A stretch of DNA of 64,000 nt from positions 5,282 to 69,281 of the forward strand of contig JAEZSC010000076.1 of assembly GCA_023422005.1 (NCBI GenBank). The letters are read 5' to 3'. The notes under the pieces were generated by a model. The model did no database searches, was not told where the DNA came from, and was given only the letters and a program-made list of their open reading frames with translations. Positions 35,884-45,037 of this stretch are shown piece by piece. This stretch comes from Bacillota bacterium. Lineage in GTDB: Bacteria; Bacillota; Clostridia; Christensenellales; UMGS416. Made by a program: the position numbers and the translations under genes. The stretch's first letter is position 1; every line of letters starts with the position of its first letter.

Positions 35884-38220
35884 ATGAATCTCTTCCACAC
35901 CGCCCGTTGGATCGGCTTGCCCGGCGAAGCTGCCCGGCGCATCGACCGCCTGCACACCGCCTATTACCGGCTGTGCTTCGACGCGCCGGCCGGCGCGTCG
36001 CTCCCAGTGCACATCAGCGCCCACAGCCGCTACCGTCTGTGGGTCAACGGCCAGCCGGTCACCTTTGGCCCTTGCCGGGGCGACCGCTGGCGGCACTTCT
36101 ACGAGACCGTGGATGTGGGGCCGTACCTCGCGGCGGGGGCCAACACGCTGGCGGTCAAGGTGTTATCCTTCCCGCCCTACGAGGCCCAGCACGGCGACCA
36201 GCGGGCGCCCTACAACGCCATGGCCCGGGCCACCGGCCCGTGCCTGATCGTCTCCGCTCATCTGGGTGGCGAGGATCTCTCCACCGGCGTCGCTCCTTGG
36301 ATGGCGCTGGAGGATGAGGCCGTGTCGTGGAAGCACTTTCCTTTGAGCCATTGGATGGGCGCCATGGAGAGCGTGGATGGCGCTAAACTGCCCCACGGCT
36401 GGCAAACCGCCGCCGACAGCGCCCCGTGGCAAACGCCCCAGCTTCTATGGAAGGCCGAGGACCCGTGGCTGGACACCTTCGGCATCATACCGACCTTTCC
36501 GCTGACACCTCGCAGCATCCCGCTGCTGTTCGAGCGGCCCCAGGCCCTCGCCCGGGAGATGCCGCTGCGAGCCCAGGATGTTTCGGCCATCCGCTTTGAA
36601 GGGGGCACTGCTGTGATCCCGGCTCACAGCCGCGTGGCGGCGGAGCTGGACGCCGGCGTGCATACGACAGCCTTCGTCACGCTGCACACCCAGGGCGGCG
36701 CGGGCAGCGCCGTGACGCTGCGCTACGCCGAGGGCTATACCAGGCCCACAGCGGAAGGCAGAACGAGCAAGGGTCTCCGGGACGACTGGCAGAACTACGA
36801 GCTGCTGGGCCATGAGGACCGCTACGCGCCCGGCGGCGGCAGTGAGAGCTACACGCCCATGTGGTTCCGCACCTTCCGCTTTGTGCGCGTGGAGGTGCAA
36901 ACCGGCGAGCAGCCACTGACGCTGCGCATGCCCACGCTGCTGCAGACCGGTTACCCCTTGGAGCCCGTCACTTGGGTGCGATCCTCCCAGGCATGGGTGC
37001 AGAACCTTTGGGACATGAGCGTGCGCACGCTGCAGAACTGCATGCACGAGACCTATGAAGACTGCCCCTATTATGAACAGCTGCAATACATACAGGATAC
37101 CCGTCTGGAGATGCTCTTCACCTACATGGTCAGCGGCGACACCCGCCTGGCCCGCAAGGCCATAGAGGATTTCCAGCATTCCCAGCTGCCCGACGGCATG
37201 CTGCAGGCCCGCTTCCCAACCCAGGAGCCCCATGTGATCCCGCCGTTCTCTCTGCACTGGGTGTGGATGGTGCTGGAATACTACGAACAGACCGGCGACC
37301 CCACGGTGCTGCGGCAATACCGCGCCGCGGCGGACGCCATACTGGAATGGTATGACCGCAAGCTGGGGCCCCTGGGTCTCGTGGAAAAGCTGGGGTATTG
37401 GGACCAGATCGACTGGGTGGACGCATGGGATAAGATAGCCGGGCGCACGCCGGCAGGCGCCGTGGGCCCGGCCACAACCCACAACCTGATGTACGCCTGC
37501 GCGCTGCAGGCAGGCGCGCGAATCAACCGCGCGTGCGGCCGGCAGGGGCTGGCAGAGGAATACCTTGAGCGCGCTCAAAGCATATTGTCTTCCGTGGACG
37601 CCCATTGCTGGAACGAAGCCGAAGGGCTGTACATGGAAGGGCCGGGCTACGAGGAATACTCCCAGCACGCCCAGGTGTACGCCGTGCTGACCGGGCTGGC
37701 TCCGGGGCAGAAGGGGCGGGATATCCTGACCAGGGCTCTCAATCGCCCCGGCATCGCGCTGTGCTCCTTCACGTGGCAGTTCTTCGTGTTCCGGGCGTTG
37801 GAGGCCTGCGGGGCATACGAGCTGACCGAGCGCCAGTGGGAGATGTGGAAGGGCCTGCCGGACAAGAACCTGACCACGATCCCCGAAGTGCCCGACGGTG
37901 TGCGCTCGCCCCGAAGCGATTGCCACGCCTGGGGTGCGCTGCCGCTGTATGAATTCCCGCGCAAACTGCTGGGTGTGGAGCCCGGCGAACCGGGCTGGCA
38001 CAGCATTCGCATCCGGCCCCGGCCGCTCACGCTGCCGGATTGCTCCGGCCAAGTGGTCACCCCCCGCGGCATCGTGACGGTGGCCTGGCGCAACGGCCCC
38101 GAAGGATTCGCCGTGGAGGCGAAGTCGCCCCAGGGCGTTCCAGTGACTGTGACGATGCCGGATGGTACCGAGCGGCATTACCCGCAGGGCGGCGACATAA
38201 GGGTTGTGACACAAGGGTAG
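35884..38220 (+). CDS. GH78-like (alpha-L-rhamnosidase family) six-hairpin glycoside hydrolase
   Basis: The N-terminus, ARWIG...YRLWVNGQPV..GP, resembles the Bac_rhamnosid_N domain. The catalytic-domain region reads YEDCPYYEQLQYIQDTR. There is no signal peptide. Substrate specificity cannot be inferred. Confidence 0.6.
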   Translation: MNLFHTARWIGLPGEAARRIDRLHTAYYRLCFDAPAGASLPVHISAHSRYRLWVNGQPVTFGPCRGDRWRHFYETVDVGPYLAAGANTLAVKVLSFPPYEAQHGDQRAPYNAMARATGPCLIVSAHLGGEDLSTGVAPWMALEDEAVSWKHFPLSHWMGAMESVDGAKLPHGWQTAADSAPWQTPQLLWKAEDPWLDTFGIIPTFPLTPRSIPLLFERPQALAREMPLRAQDVSAIRFEGGTAVIPAHSRVAAELDAGVHTTAFVTLHTQGGAGSAVTLRYAEGYTRPTAEGRTSKGLRDDWQNYELLGHEDRYAPGGGSESYTPMWFRTFRFVRVEVQTGEQPLTLRMPTLLQTGYPLEPVTWVRSSQAWVQNLWDMSVRTLQNCMHETYEDCPYYEQLQYIQDTRLEMLFTYMVSGDTRLARKAIEDFQHSQLPDGMLQARFPTQEPHVIPPFSLHWVWMVLEYYEQTGDPTVLRQYRAAADAILEWYDRKLGPLGLVEKLGYWDQIDWVDAWDKIAGRTPAGAVGPATTHNLMYACALQAGARINRACGRQGLAEEYLERAQSILSSVDAHCWNEAEGLYMEGPGYEEYSQHAQVYAVLTGLAPGQKGRDILTRALNRPGIALCSFTWQFFVFRALEACGAYELTERQWEMWKGLPDKNLTTIPEVPDGVRSPRSDCHAWGALPLYEFPRKLLGVEPGEPGWHSIRIRPRPLTLPDCSGQVVTPRGIVTVAWRNGPEGFAVEAKSPQGVPVTVTMPDGTERHYPQGGDIRVVTQG

Positions 38221-38247
38221 GAGCATCGGCTTAGGAGGTATATTCTC

Positions 38248-39369
38248 ATGATAAAAGTTGGTCTGGCCGGCGGGCGCAGCCTGTCCACGCTGATGGGCTT
38301 TCGCGCCATCGAAGGTGTGGAGGTCGCCGCGGTGTGTGATCTGAACGCGGACCTGCTGCAGCGCATCAGCCGCGAGCAAGGCATCCCCCGCACTTACCGC
38401 GTGTTTGAAGACATGCTGGAAGCCGACATCGACGCCGTCGTCATCGCGACACCCATGCAGTGCCACGTGCCCCAGGCCTTAAGCGCCCTGGAGGCCGGCA
38501 AGCATGTGCTCAGCGAAGTCACCGCGGCGGTCACGATGGACGAGCTGTGGTGGCTCATCGAGGCCGTGGAGAAATCCGGCAAGGTATACATGCTGGCGGA
38601 GAACTACTGCTACAGCCCCGAGGTGCAGCTGGTGAGCAGCCTCGTGCGCCGGGGCATGTTCGGAGAGATCTACTACGGCGAGGGCGAATATCTGCACGAC
38701 ATCCGCGACCTGGCCGTATATCCCGACGGCAAAACGTCCTGGCGGAGCTATTGGCAGCTGGGCAAGCGCGGCGCTTTCTATCCCACTCACAGCATCGGCC
38801 CGGTCATGCAGTGGTTCCAGGGCGACAGGATCGCTTCGCTGTGCACGCTGGGCAGCGGCAGGCACATGAGCGCCACGCTGCGCCAGGAGGATACCACCGT
38901 TACGATGTGCCAATTGGAGAGCGGCAAGCTGGCGCGCATCCGCGTGGACTGCATGTCACCGCGGCCCCACAACATGGCCTATTACCAACTGCAGGGCACC
39001 AAGGGGTGTTACGAAGCGCCCCGGGGCTTGGGCGATGACCACAAGGTATACCTGGAGGGCCATGATGCTCACGACCACCCCCACTGGCGGCCGCTCAAAG
39101 ATTTTGAGGAATTCCTGCCCGAGCGCTTCCGGCTGGCCACCCAGGCGCAGCGCGAGGCCGGCCACGGCGGGGGGGATTTCTTCATCGTGCAGGATTTTGT
39201 GGATGCCATCACGAAGGGCACGCCGCCGGCCATCGATGTGTATCAGGCTGCCGAGTGGACGGCGGTGGCGCTGTTGAGCGAGCTTTCCATCACCAACGGC
39301 GGCCGCATGATGGACATGCCGCGTTTCCGGCGGAACATGCCCTTCGGCGAGCAGCGCTTCAAGCTGTAA
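38248..39369 (+). CDS. Gfo/Idh/MocA family oxidoreductase
   Basis: The product starts MIKVGLAGGRSLSTLMGF and contains EAGKHVLSE and ENYCY. A TAGGAGGT SD is present. Confidence 0.85.
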   Translation: MIKVGLAGGRSLSTLMGFRAIEGVEVAAVCDLNADLLQRISREQGIPRTYRVFEDMLEADIDAVVIATPMQCHVPQALSALEAGKHVLSEVTAAVTMDELWWLIEAVEKSGKVYMLAENYCYSPEVQLVSSLVRRGMFGEIYYGEGEYLHDIRDLAVYPDGKTSWRSYWQLGKRGAFYPTHSIGPVMQWFQGDRIASLCTLGSGRHMSATLRQEDTTVTMCQLESGKLARIRVDCMSPRPHNMAYYQLQGTKGCYEAPRGLGDDHKVYLEGHDAHDHPHWRPLKDFEEFLPERFRLATQAQREAGHGGGDFFIVQDFVDAITKGTPPAIDVYQAAEWTAVALLSELSITNGGRMMDMPRFRRNMPFGEQRFKL

Positions 39370-39392
39370 GAATAACATATCGGGAGGAATCC

Positions 39393-40025
39393 ATGGACTA
39401 CGTAAATCAACTGGGCCAGCAACTCATGATGGTGCGCCGCGCCGCGCCCACCCCGCAGGTCAGCATGCCCGAAGGCTGGTCGGTGCGCAGCATGCGGGAA
39501 GGCGAGGGCGCCGTTTGGGCGCGTATCTGCTTGGCCGCAGGCTTCTTTGATGACGGCATGAGCGCCGAGCAGCGCTGGGACAGCGCGATGGGCAATGACG
39601 CCGGCGTGCGCACGGAGAATGTGTTCTTCGCCTGCGACCCCGCCGGAGAACCTGTGGCCACGGCCACGGCCCGGCTGATCCCCCAGCAGGATCGCGGCAA
39701 ATATCCGCCCACGGCCAACGCGCTGGGCTATCTGCACTATGTCGCGGCGACGCCCGTGTGCAGGGGCAAGGGAGCAGGGTCCGCCGTGACGGCGGCCGTG
39801 CTGGCCCGCTTAGCCGAGCTGAACCTGGACGATTGTGTGCTCTCGACCGACGACCATCGGCTTCCGGCCATCCACATCTATCTGAAGATGGGCTGGATTC
39901 CCGTGCTGTTCGCGCCGGACATGCGCGAGCGTTGGGAGCACATATTGAGCCAGCTCACAGCCTGGGACGCTCTGGAGGCCATGGACGAAACCGGTCGTAC
40001 GGTCGAGCCGCTGCGACGGCGGTAA
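39393..40025 (+). CDS. GNAT family N-acetyltransferase
   Basis: The acetyl-CoA motif reads VAATPVCRGKGAGSAVTAAVLARLAE (R/QxxGxG/A), and IHIYLKMGW is present. A GGGAGGA SD precedes ATG 39393. Confidence 0.7.
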   Translation: MDYVNQLGQQLMMVRRAAPTPQVSMPEGWSVRSMREGEGAVWARICLAAGFFDDGMSAEQRWDSAMGNDAGVRTENVFFACDPAGEPVATATARLIPQQDRGKYPPTANALGYLHYVAATPVCRGKGAGSAVTAAVLARLAELNLDDCVLSTDDHRLPAIHIYLKMGWIPVLFAPDMRERWEHILSQLTAWDALEAMDETGRTVEPLRRR

Positions 40026-40053
40026 AGCCCGCTTTACCTGCGGCCGGCCCGCG

Positions 40054-41334
40054 TCATTTCACACCGATGATCAGGCAGTCGGAATTGAAATCATGCATCC
40101 GGATCGTCGTCGTGCCATTTTCCACGAGGACGCTCGGCTGTGCGAAATACCGATCCGCCAGCGAGATGAGCGTCCAATCGTAGCCGTCCATCTCCATACC
40201 GATGGTAACATCGGCATTGTAGGGAACGTATACAGCAACCCTGCTCTGATCGGGGGACAGCGACATCCGGATCTCCTGGGTATCGTTGCGGACCGCCTGG
40301 CAGGGTTCCAGAGCAAAAAGACCGTAGGTTTCGAACACATATCGCGCAAAGGATGCGTCCCAGGCGCCCTTTAAGCGCAGGGCTGTGCGCCATGGCAGCG
40401 GCCTGCCACCATAGCTCTGGTTGTAGAACTCCTTGCCGTCGCGATACCATCCCCATACGCCGTGGGCGCCGTAGGTGACGCCGGCTTTTGCGCCGGAAAG
40501 CAAGCTGGACCAGATGGCCTTTCGCACGTGGAACTCGTTGAACCGCCCATACTTGCCGCCGAAATAATGCCCTTCATAACAGGGCTCACCGTTGACGATG
40601 GGCCGCTGGACCGGCTGGGCGCGGAAAGCCTCGGCCAGCTTGTAGGCGTACCTTTGGTCCGGCATTTCGTGCCCGGATTGATAAAGGTAGAAATCATAAT
40701 TGGAAGAGTGAAGAACGAACTCCGGCAGCTGGGCCTGGGATTCGAACCCGCCGCCCAGATGCAGCGTGATCAGCGCATCCGGCGTCAGGTTCTTGATGGT
40801 TTCCATGGCTGTCAGGTAATACTTCGTGGCTTCCGGTGAGCCGAAGTTCGTGTCCCCGGCGGCCATATAGATGGGATGGAACGGCGCGAACAGCCGCACC
40901 ACATACTCCACATAGGGTTTCACCAGTTCCAGCGGCATGATGTTGGACGGATCCCTGTTGGACATCCAGGTGTCCTTTACATAGTTGCCCCACAGCACGA
41001 CCAGAACCGGTGTGAAGCCCCTTTCGGCGGCCAGGGCCAGCATGTCCCGGGCCCGCTGGAAGTATTCGTGGTTGATGCTGCTGAAGTTGAACTTGCCCGC
41101 TGCGTCCATGGCGAACGGATACAGGCCGGTATCGGGCAGGCCCCCGTCCCACTGGGTCAGCACGTTGATCTGAAGGGCGTTGAAACCTTGCAGGCGGCGA
41201 TGGTCCAGATACTCCGCCCATTCCTCCATGCTCGGGTTGTAGAAGGCGGTCCAGACTGTATCCGCCAGATAAAAGAAGGGCTTACCGTCGGCAACGAAGC
41301 GGTCCCGGGTGTCGGCGATCTGTATTTTTCTCAT
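40054..41334 (-). CDS. DUF4038 / GH140-like TIM-barrel glycoside hydrolase
   Basis: The N-terminal FVADGKPFFYLADTVWTAFYN..EEW..YL..R..QGFNALQINVL matches DUF4038 as I remember it. There is no signal peptide. Confidence 0.6.
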   Translation of the reverse strand: MRKIQIADTRDRFVADGKPFFYLADTVWTAFYNPSMEEWAEYLDHRRLQGFNALQINVLTQWDGGLPDTGLYPFAMDAAGKFNFSSINHEYFQRARDMLALAAERGFTPVLVVLWGNYVKDTWMSNRDPSNIMPLELVKPYVEYVVRLFAPFHPIYMAAGDTNFGSPEATKYYLTAMETIKNLTPDALITLHLGGGFESQAQLPEFVLHSSNYDFYLYQSGHEMPDQRYAYKLAEAFRAQPVQRPIVNGEPCYEGHYFGGKYGRFNEFHVRKAIWSSLLSGAKAGVTYGAHGVWGWYRDGKEFYNQSYGGRPLPWRTALRLKGAWDASFARYVFETYGLFALEPCQAVRNDTQEIRMSLSPDQSRVAVYVPYNADVTIGMEMDGYDWTLISLADRYFAQPSVLVENGTTTIRMHDFNSDCLIIGVK

Positions 41335-41352
41335 CGCGGTTCTCCGTGGTTT

Positions 41353-42513
41353 TTATCGTTCAGCTGCGGGCGAATACTTCCCGTAGGTCCTGGCCGTCTC
41401 GATCATCGCGAACAGGTTGTCATCCGGCGTATCTCTGCCGCACTGGTCGCCGGTGGAAAGAATGAACCGCCCGCCGGCTGCGGCGTCGTCGATGGCGCGC
41501 TTGCTGGCGTCGATGACATCCTGAACGGTTCCACGCAGCATCACGTCGGTCGTGTGCAGGTTGCCCTTTAAGATCAACCTGCCGCCGTACAGCTGCTTGA
41601 GGGTAGCCAGATCGCTGTCGCCCATGGGCGCGATCTCCAGCGGGTCGATGATCGTAAGGTCGGTTTCCTGGGCGCAGATTTTAACCAGCTCCGTCTCCGG
41701 GCCGCAGGAATGGATGTGCGTCGGGATGCCGTATTCCTTTGCCTTGCGCGTGACGGCCTGCACGATGGGCAGGCACAGCTCGCGGAAGATGGCGGGGCTT
41801 TGGAACACCAACGTGCCCGATCCGCCGGTGCAGATGAAGTCGGGCTGGACCTCCTGGGCCATCAGCACGTCCATGCGCTTGAGGTAGTATTCGATCAGCT
41901 GATCCCGCTTCTCCTGATACTTGCCGGGGTTGTCGTAGTAATCGTAGATCTCTTCCATGTTGTGCAACAGTAGGCTGGTGCCGCAGAATACGCCGAACAG
42001 CCCGTGGTCACCCAGCATGCCCTTGGCCAGCTTCAGGAGCTCGCCGCCGTTGGGCCACGGCCGCCGGCCTTCGATCTTTTCCCAATGGCCGGGTGTGCCG
42101 GGCAGGCCCAGCGTCTGCGGCCGCATGCCGCTGGTGGGCGGGTCGGCCCGGTAATACACCGTAACATGATCCTCCCATTCGGTCAGGTTGCCGGCGCGGC
42201 GCATCCTTTGGGTGTAGATGCGCTCGTCGGTGCGCCCGACGATCATCTCCTCCCACTCGTGGTCGATCTCACCCAACTCCTCGAACTGGATCGGCACGTA
42301 CCCATCCATCAGCGAGTCGAAGCCGAAGCGCTTGACGCAGTCGATGTAGGCCGCCCAAATGGGCTGCTCCTGATACAGATACAGATCCCAGAAGGGTTTG
42401 CCGGTCAGCCGCGCCGGTATCATGTTGGATGTGTCCGGCGCCACCGGCACGCAGTCCGGAATCTCCCCGTGGATCACCGTCAGCAGTCGTTCTCTTGAAG
42501 TCATCCCATTCAC
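41353..42513 (-). CDS. Uroporphyrinogen-decarboxylase (URO-D/MtaA) family protein
   Basis: The region IPTHIHSCGPETELVKICAQETDLTIIDPLE ... LKGNLHT follows the URO-D family pattern. The start is GTG 42513 with an AGGGAAG SD. An alternative start is ATG 42504. Confidence 0.7.
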   Translation of the reverse strand: MNGMTSRERLLTVIHGEIPDCVPVAPDTSNMIPARLTGKPFWDLYLYQEQPIWAAYIDCVKRFGFDSLMDGYVPIQFEELGEIDHEWEEMIVGRTDERIYTQRMRRAGNLTEWEDHVTVYYRADPPTSGMRPQTLGLPGTPGHWEKIEGRRPWPNGGELLKLAKGMLGDHGLFGVFCGTSLLLHNMEEIYDYYDNPGKYQEKRDQLIEYYLKRMDVLMAQEVQPDFICTGGSGTLVFQSPAIFRELCLPIVQAVTRKAKEYGIPTHIHSCGPETELVKICAQETDLTIIDPLEIAPMGDSDLATLKQLYGGRLILKGNLHTTDVMLRGTVQDVIDASKRAIDDAAAGGRFILSTGDQCGRDTPDDNLFAMIETARTYGKYSPAAER

Positions 42514-42542
42514 CGTTCGCTTCCCTGTTGTTTAGAGCCTGC

Positions 42543-42578
42543 AAAAAACTGTCTGAGGCCCGTTTCCGGCCCCAGACA
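42543..42578 (-). terminator. Rho-independent terminator/attenuator after the 2-hydroxyacid dehydrogenase gene
   Basis: The minus strand reads TGTCTGGGGCC-ggaaac-GGGCCTCAGACA, followed by GTTTTTT. Confidence 0.55.
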
Positions 42579-42629
42579 AAAGGTGCTCTCTATATTCGCT
42601 GCGCGTGGCGGATTCCCTGCTGTCTCAGG

Positions 42630-43589
42630 TCAGCGATTGACGACGTTGACTGGTGTGCCCTCTTGGAACTGCCGCAGGTTGTCCACGGCGATGCCCATGA
42701 GCCGGGTGCGGGTCTCCTTGGGAGCCCAGGCAATGTGCGGCGTGATGATGCAGTTTTTGGCCCGCAGCAGCGGGTTGTCGCCGCGGATGGGCTCGCTGGA
42801 CACCACGTCCACCGCGGCGGCGGCGAGCTTGCCGCTGTTGAGTGCGTGGGCCAGAGCCTGCTCCTCGACCAGCGGCCCCCGGGAGGTGTTGATCAGAATC
42901 GCGCCATCCTTCATGCGGGCGATGGTCTGCTGGTTGATGATGCCCTGGGTTTCCGCCGATAGCGGGCAGTGCAGCGATATCACGTCGGACTGCGCCAGCA
43001 GCTCGTCCAGCCCCGCGTATCGCATGGTCTCGCGTTCCAGGGCCGGGTTCGGGTGTCTGCTGTAAGCCAGCACCCGCATGCCCAGAGCCTGCGCGACGCT
43101 GCCGGTGGCCTGGCCGATGCGGCCGTAGCCTATGATGCCCATGGTCTTGCCTGCCAGTTCGATCAGCGGGTACTTCCAGTAGCAGAAGTCCACGCTCTTT
43201 TCCCAGTCGCCGGCGTGTACGGAATCGGAATGGGCGCCGATGTGATGGCAAACTTCCAGCAGCAGGCCGATGGCGAACTGTGCCACCGCCGCGGTGCTGT
43301 AGGCGGGAATGTTGGTCACCGCAATACCACGCCGGCGGGCATGGTCCACGTCCACGATGTTGTAACCGGTGGCCAGCACGCCGATGTAGCGAATGCCGGG
43401 GCACACGTCCATGGTTGCGGCGTCCAGCGGGGTTTTGTTGGTGATGACAGCCTGGGCATCGCCGATGCGCGCCGCGATGAGCTGCGCCGGCGTGCGCTCG
43501 TAGACCGTCAGGGCCCCCAGGGACTCGAAGCCTTGCCAGCTCAAGTCCCCGGGGTTTTCCGTGTAGCCGTCCAGTACGACGATTTTCAT
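42630..43589 (-). CDS. D-isomer-specific 2-hydroxyacid dehydrogenase (glycerate/hydroxypyruvate reductase-like)
   Basis: The NAD-binding motif is GIIGYGRIGQATG. The catalytic region contains NTSRGPLVEE and ITPHIAW. An AGGAGA SD is present. Confidence 0.85.
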   Translation of the reverse strand: MKIVVLDGYTENPGDLSWQGFESLGALTVYERTPAQLIAARIGDAQAVITNKTPLDAATMDVCPGIRYIGVLATGYNIVDVDHARRRGIAVTNIPAYSTAAVAQFAIGLLLEVCHHIGAHSDSVHAGDWEKSVDFCYWKYPLIELAGKTMGIIGYGRIGQATGSVAQALGMRVLAYSRHPNPALERETMRYAGLDELLAQSDVISLHCPLSAETQGIINQQTIARMKDGAILINTSRGPLVEEQALAHALNSGKLAAAAVDVVSSEPIRGDNPLLRAKNCIITPHIAWAPKETRTRLMGIAVDNLRQFQEGTPVNVVNR

Positions 43590-43623
43590 TGCGGTTCTCC
43601 TGACGGGATTGCTATGGGCGGAT

Positions 43624-45000
43624 CTACGCCCGGGTCATCTGCTTGCTGAGCGTCTGCTGGGGCAGGTTGGCGCCCTGGCCGCGCAGCGTGAGCACCAGCT
43701 GTTCGGTGTCCAGATCGCAGGCCGGCTGCCCGGTGGCAATGGCCTGCGCCGCGGCGGCGCCGGCGGCCTGGCCCATCATGGCTGCGGCCGGCTGCACGCG
43801 GATGGAACCGTGCACCTTCACGTCGCTGGAGTTGCACCGGCCGGCCACCCATAGGTTGTCGTAGCCCTTGGGCACCAGTATGCTGTAGGGAATGCCGAAG
43901 CTTTCGCCAATGCCCAAGCGGCCGGATTTGTTGTGCTCCTCTTCAAACCGTTCATATTCCTCGTCGGAGGCATCGTGGACATGGATGTCCACGAACTTGT
44001 TGAACACACCGATCTGATCCGGGAACCACCGGCGGGCCAGATAGTCGGAGAAGTTCAGCTGATACTCGCCGACGATCCGGCGGGATTCGCGCACGCCCAG
44101 CAGGCTGGCCGTCGTCACGTGCTCGATGTTCTGGCAGCCGTTCAGGTAGCGCTTGTAGAAGGTAGTATACTCCTGCGCCTTCTTTCTGCCAAGGATCATG
44201 CCGCGGGTCAGGTCCGCCACGCGCAGCGCGTCGGCATGGAAGATGTGGCCGCCGTTTAAGTACCCCAGCGTCCGCCCCACCTGCGACATGCCGGGCAGGT
44301 GGCGGTCCTTATCGGTGAAAACGCCGTCCTCGATGGCCTTGAGCAGCAGCGGGTGCTCTTGGGAGCGGTCCACGACGGTCCAGTCGATGCCGCTGAACAG
44401 CGATGTCAGCGTCGGAGGCATGGCCTCGGGCTCGCCGTCTCGTCCGGCTTCCAGCACCGGCGCGCCGCACAGCTTGGCCAGCACAGCGTCGCCGGTGGCG
44501 TCTATAAACGTCTTTGCCGGGATGTACTCATAGCCCTCGATGCTGTTTACGACGACACCGTTCACGTGATCCCGCCCGGCGTCGGCGTCTATGAGCGTCG
44601 TGAAAAAGCGGATCTCCACGCCGGCGTCCAGCGCCAGCCGGTCCAGCAGCGCCTTCAGGGCCTCCACGCGGAAGGGTGTCCAGCAGTGGTAGCGCTTCAG
44701 ATAGTAGTCAGGGGTCACCTGGGGGCCCAGTCCGCCCTCTTTATGCAGCGTCTCCACGATCTCGCGCATGATGCCGCCCACCAGCATCGTTTCGCCGTTG
44801 GCCATGGGGTCAAAGGCGGTCACCAGGCCCGAGGTGGCCATGCCGCCCAGGCAGCCGGTTTTCTCGATCAGCAGCACCTTGGCGCCTAGGCGCCCCGCGG
44901 CGATGGCGGCGGCAACGCCGCCGGGGCCGCCGCCGGCCACCACCAGGTCGTAAGAATGAGGGCAGACGGGGATTTCCTTGTTCAGCAGATACGTACCCAT
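43624..45000 (-). CDS. FAD-dependent oxidoreductase (FAD_oxidored-type), paralog 1
   Basis: The N-terminus reads DLVVAGGGPGGVAAAIAAGRLGAKVLLIEKTGCLGGMATSG and the C-terminus contains AGRCNSSD...GSIRVQP..MMGQAAG. The ORF was trimmed to ATG 45000, which has a GGAGGAG SD. Confidence 0.8.
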   Translation of the reverse strand: MGTYLLNKEIPVCPHSYDLVVAGGGPGGVAAAIAAGRLGAKVLLIEKTGCLGGMATSGLVTAFDPMANGETMLVGGIMREIVETLHKEGGLGPQVTPDYYLKRYHCWTPFRVEALKALLDRLALDAGVEIRFFTTLIDADAGRDHVNGVVVNSIEGYEYIPAKTFIDATGDAVLAKLCGAPVLEAGRDGEPEAMPPTLTSLFSGIDWTVVDRSQEHPLLLKAIEDGVFTDKDRHLPGMSQVGRTLGYLNGGHIFHADALRVADLTRGMILGRKKAQEYTTFYKRYLNGCQNIEHVTTASLLGVRESRRIVGEYQLNFSDYLARRWFPDQIGVFNKFVDIHVHDASDEEYERFEEEHNKSGRLGIGESFGIPYSILVPKGYDNLWVAGRCNSSDVKVHGSIRVQPAAAMMGQAAGAAAAQAIATGQPACDLDTEQLVLTLRGQGANLPQQTLSKQMTRA

Positions 45001-45037
45001 TGCGCCGTTCGTCTCCTCCATCACCAGTCTTTTGGGG

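Noticed and set aside
36445-38466. A 673-aa minus-strand ORF.
   Set aside because: It is antisense to the GH78-like and Gfo/Idh/MocA genes. The product is low-complexity and Arg/Gly/Ala/His-rich, with no SD.
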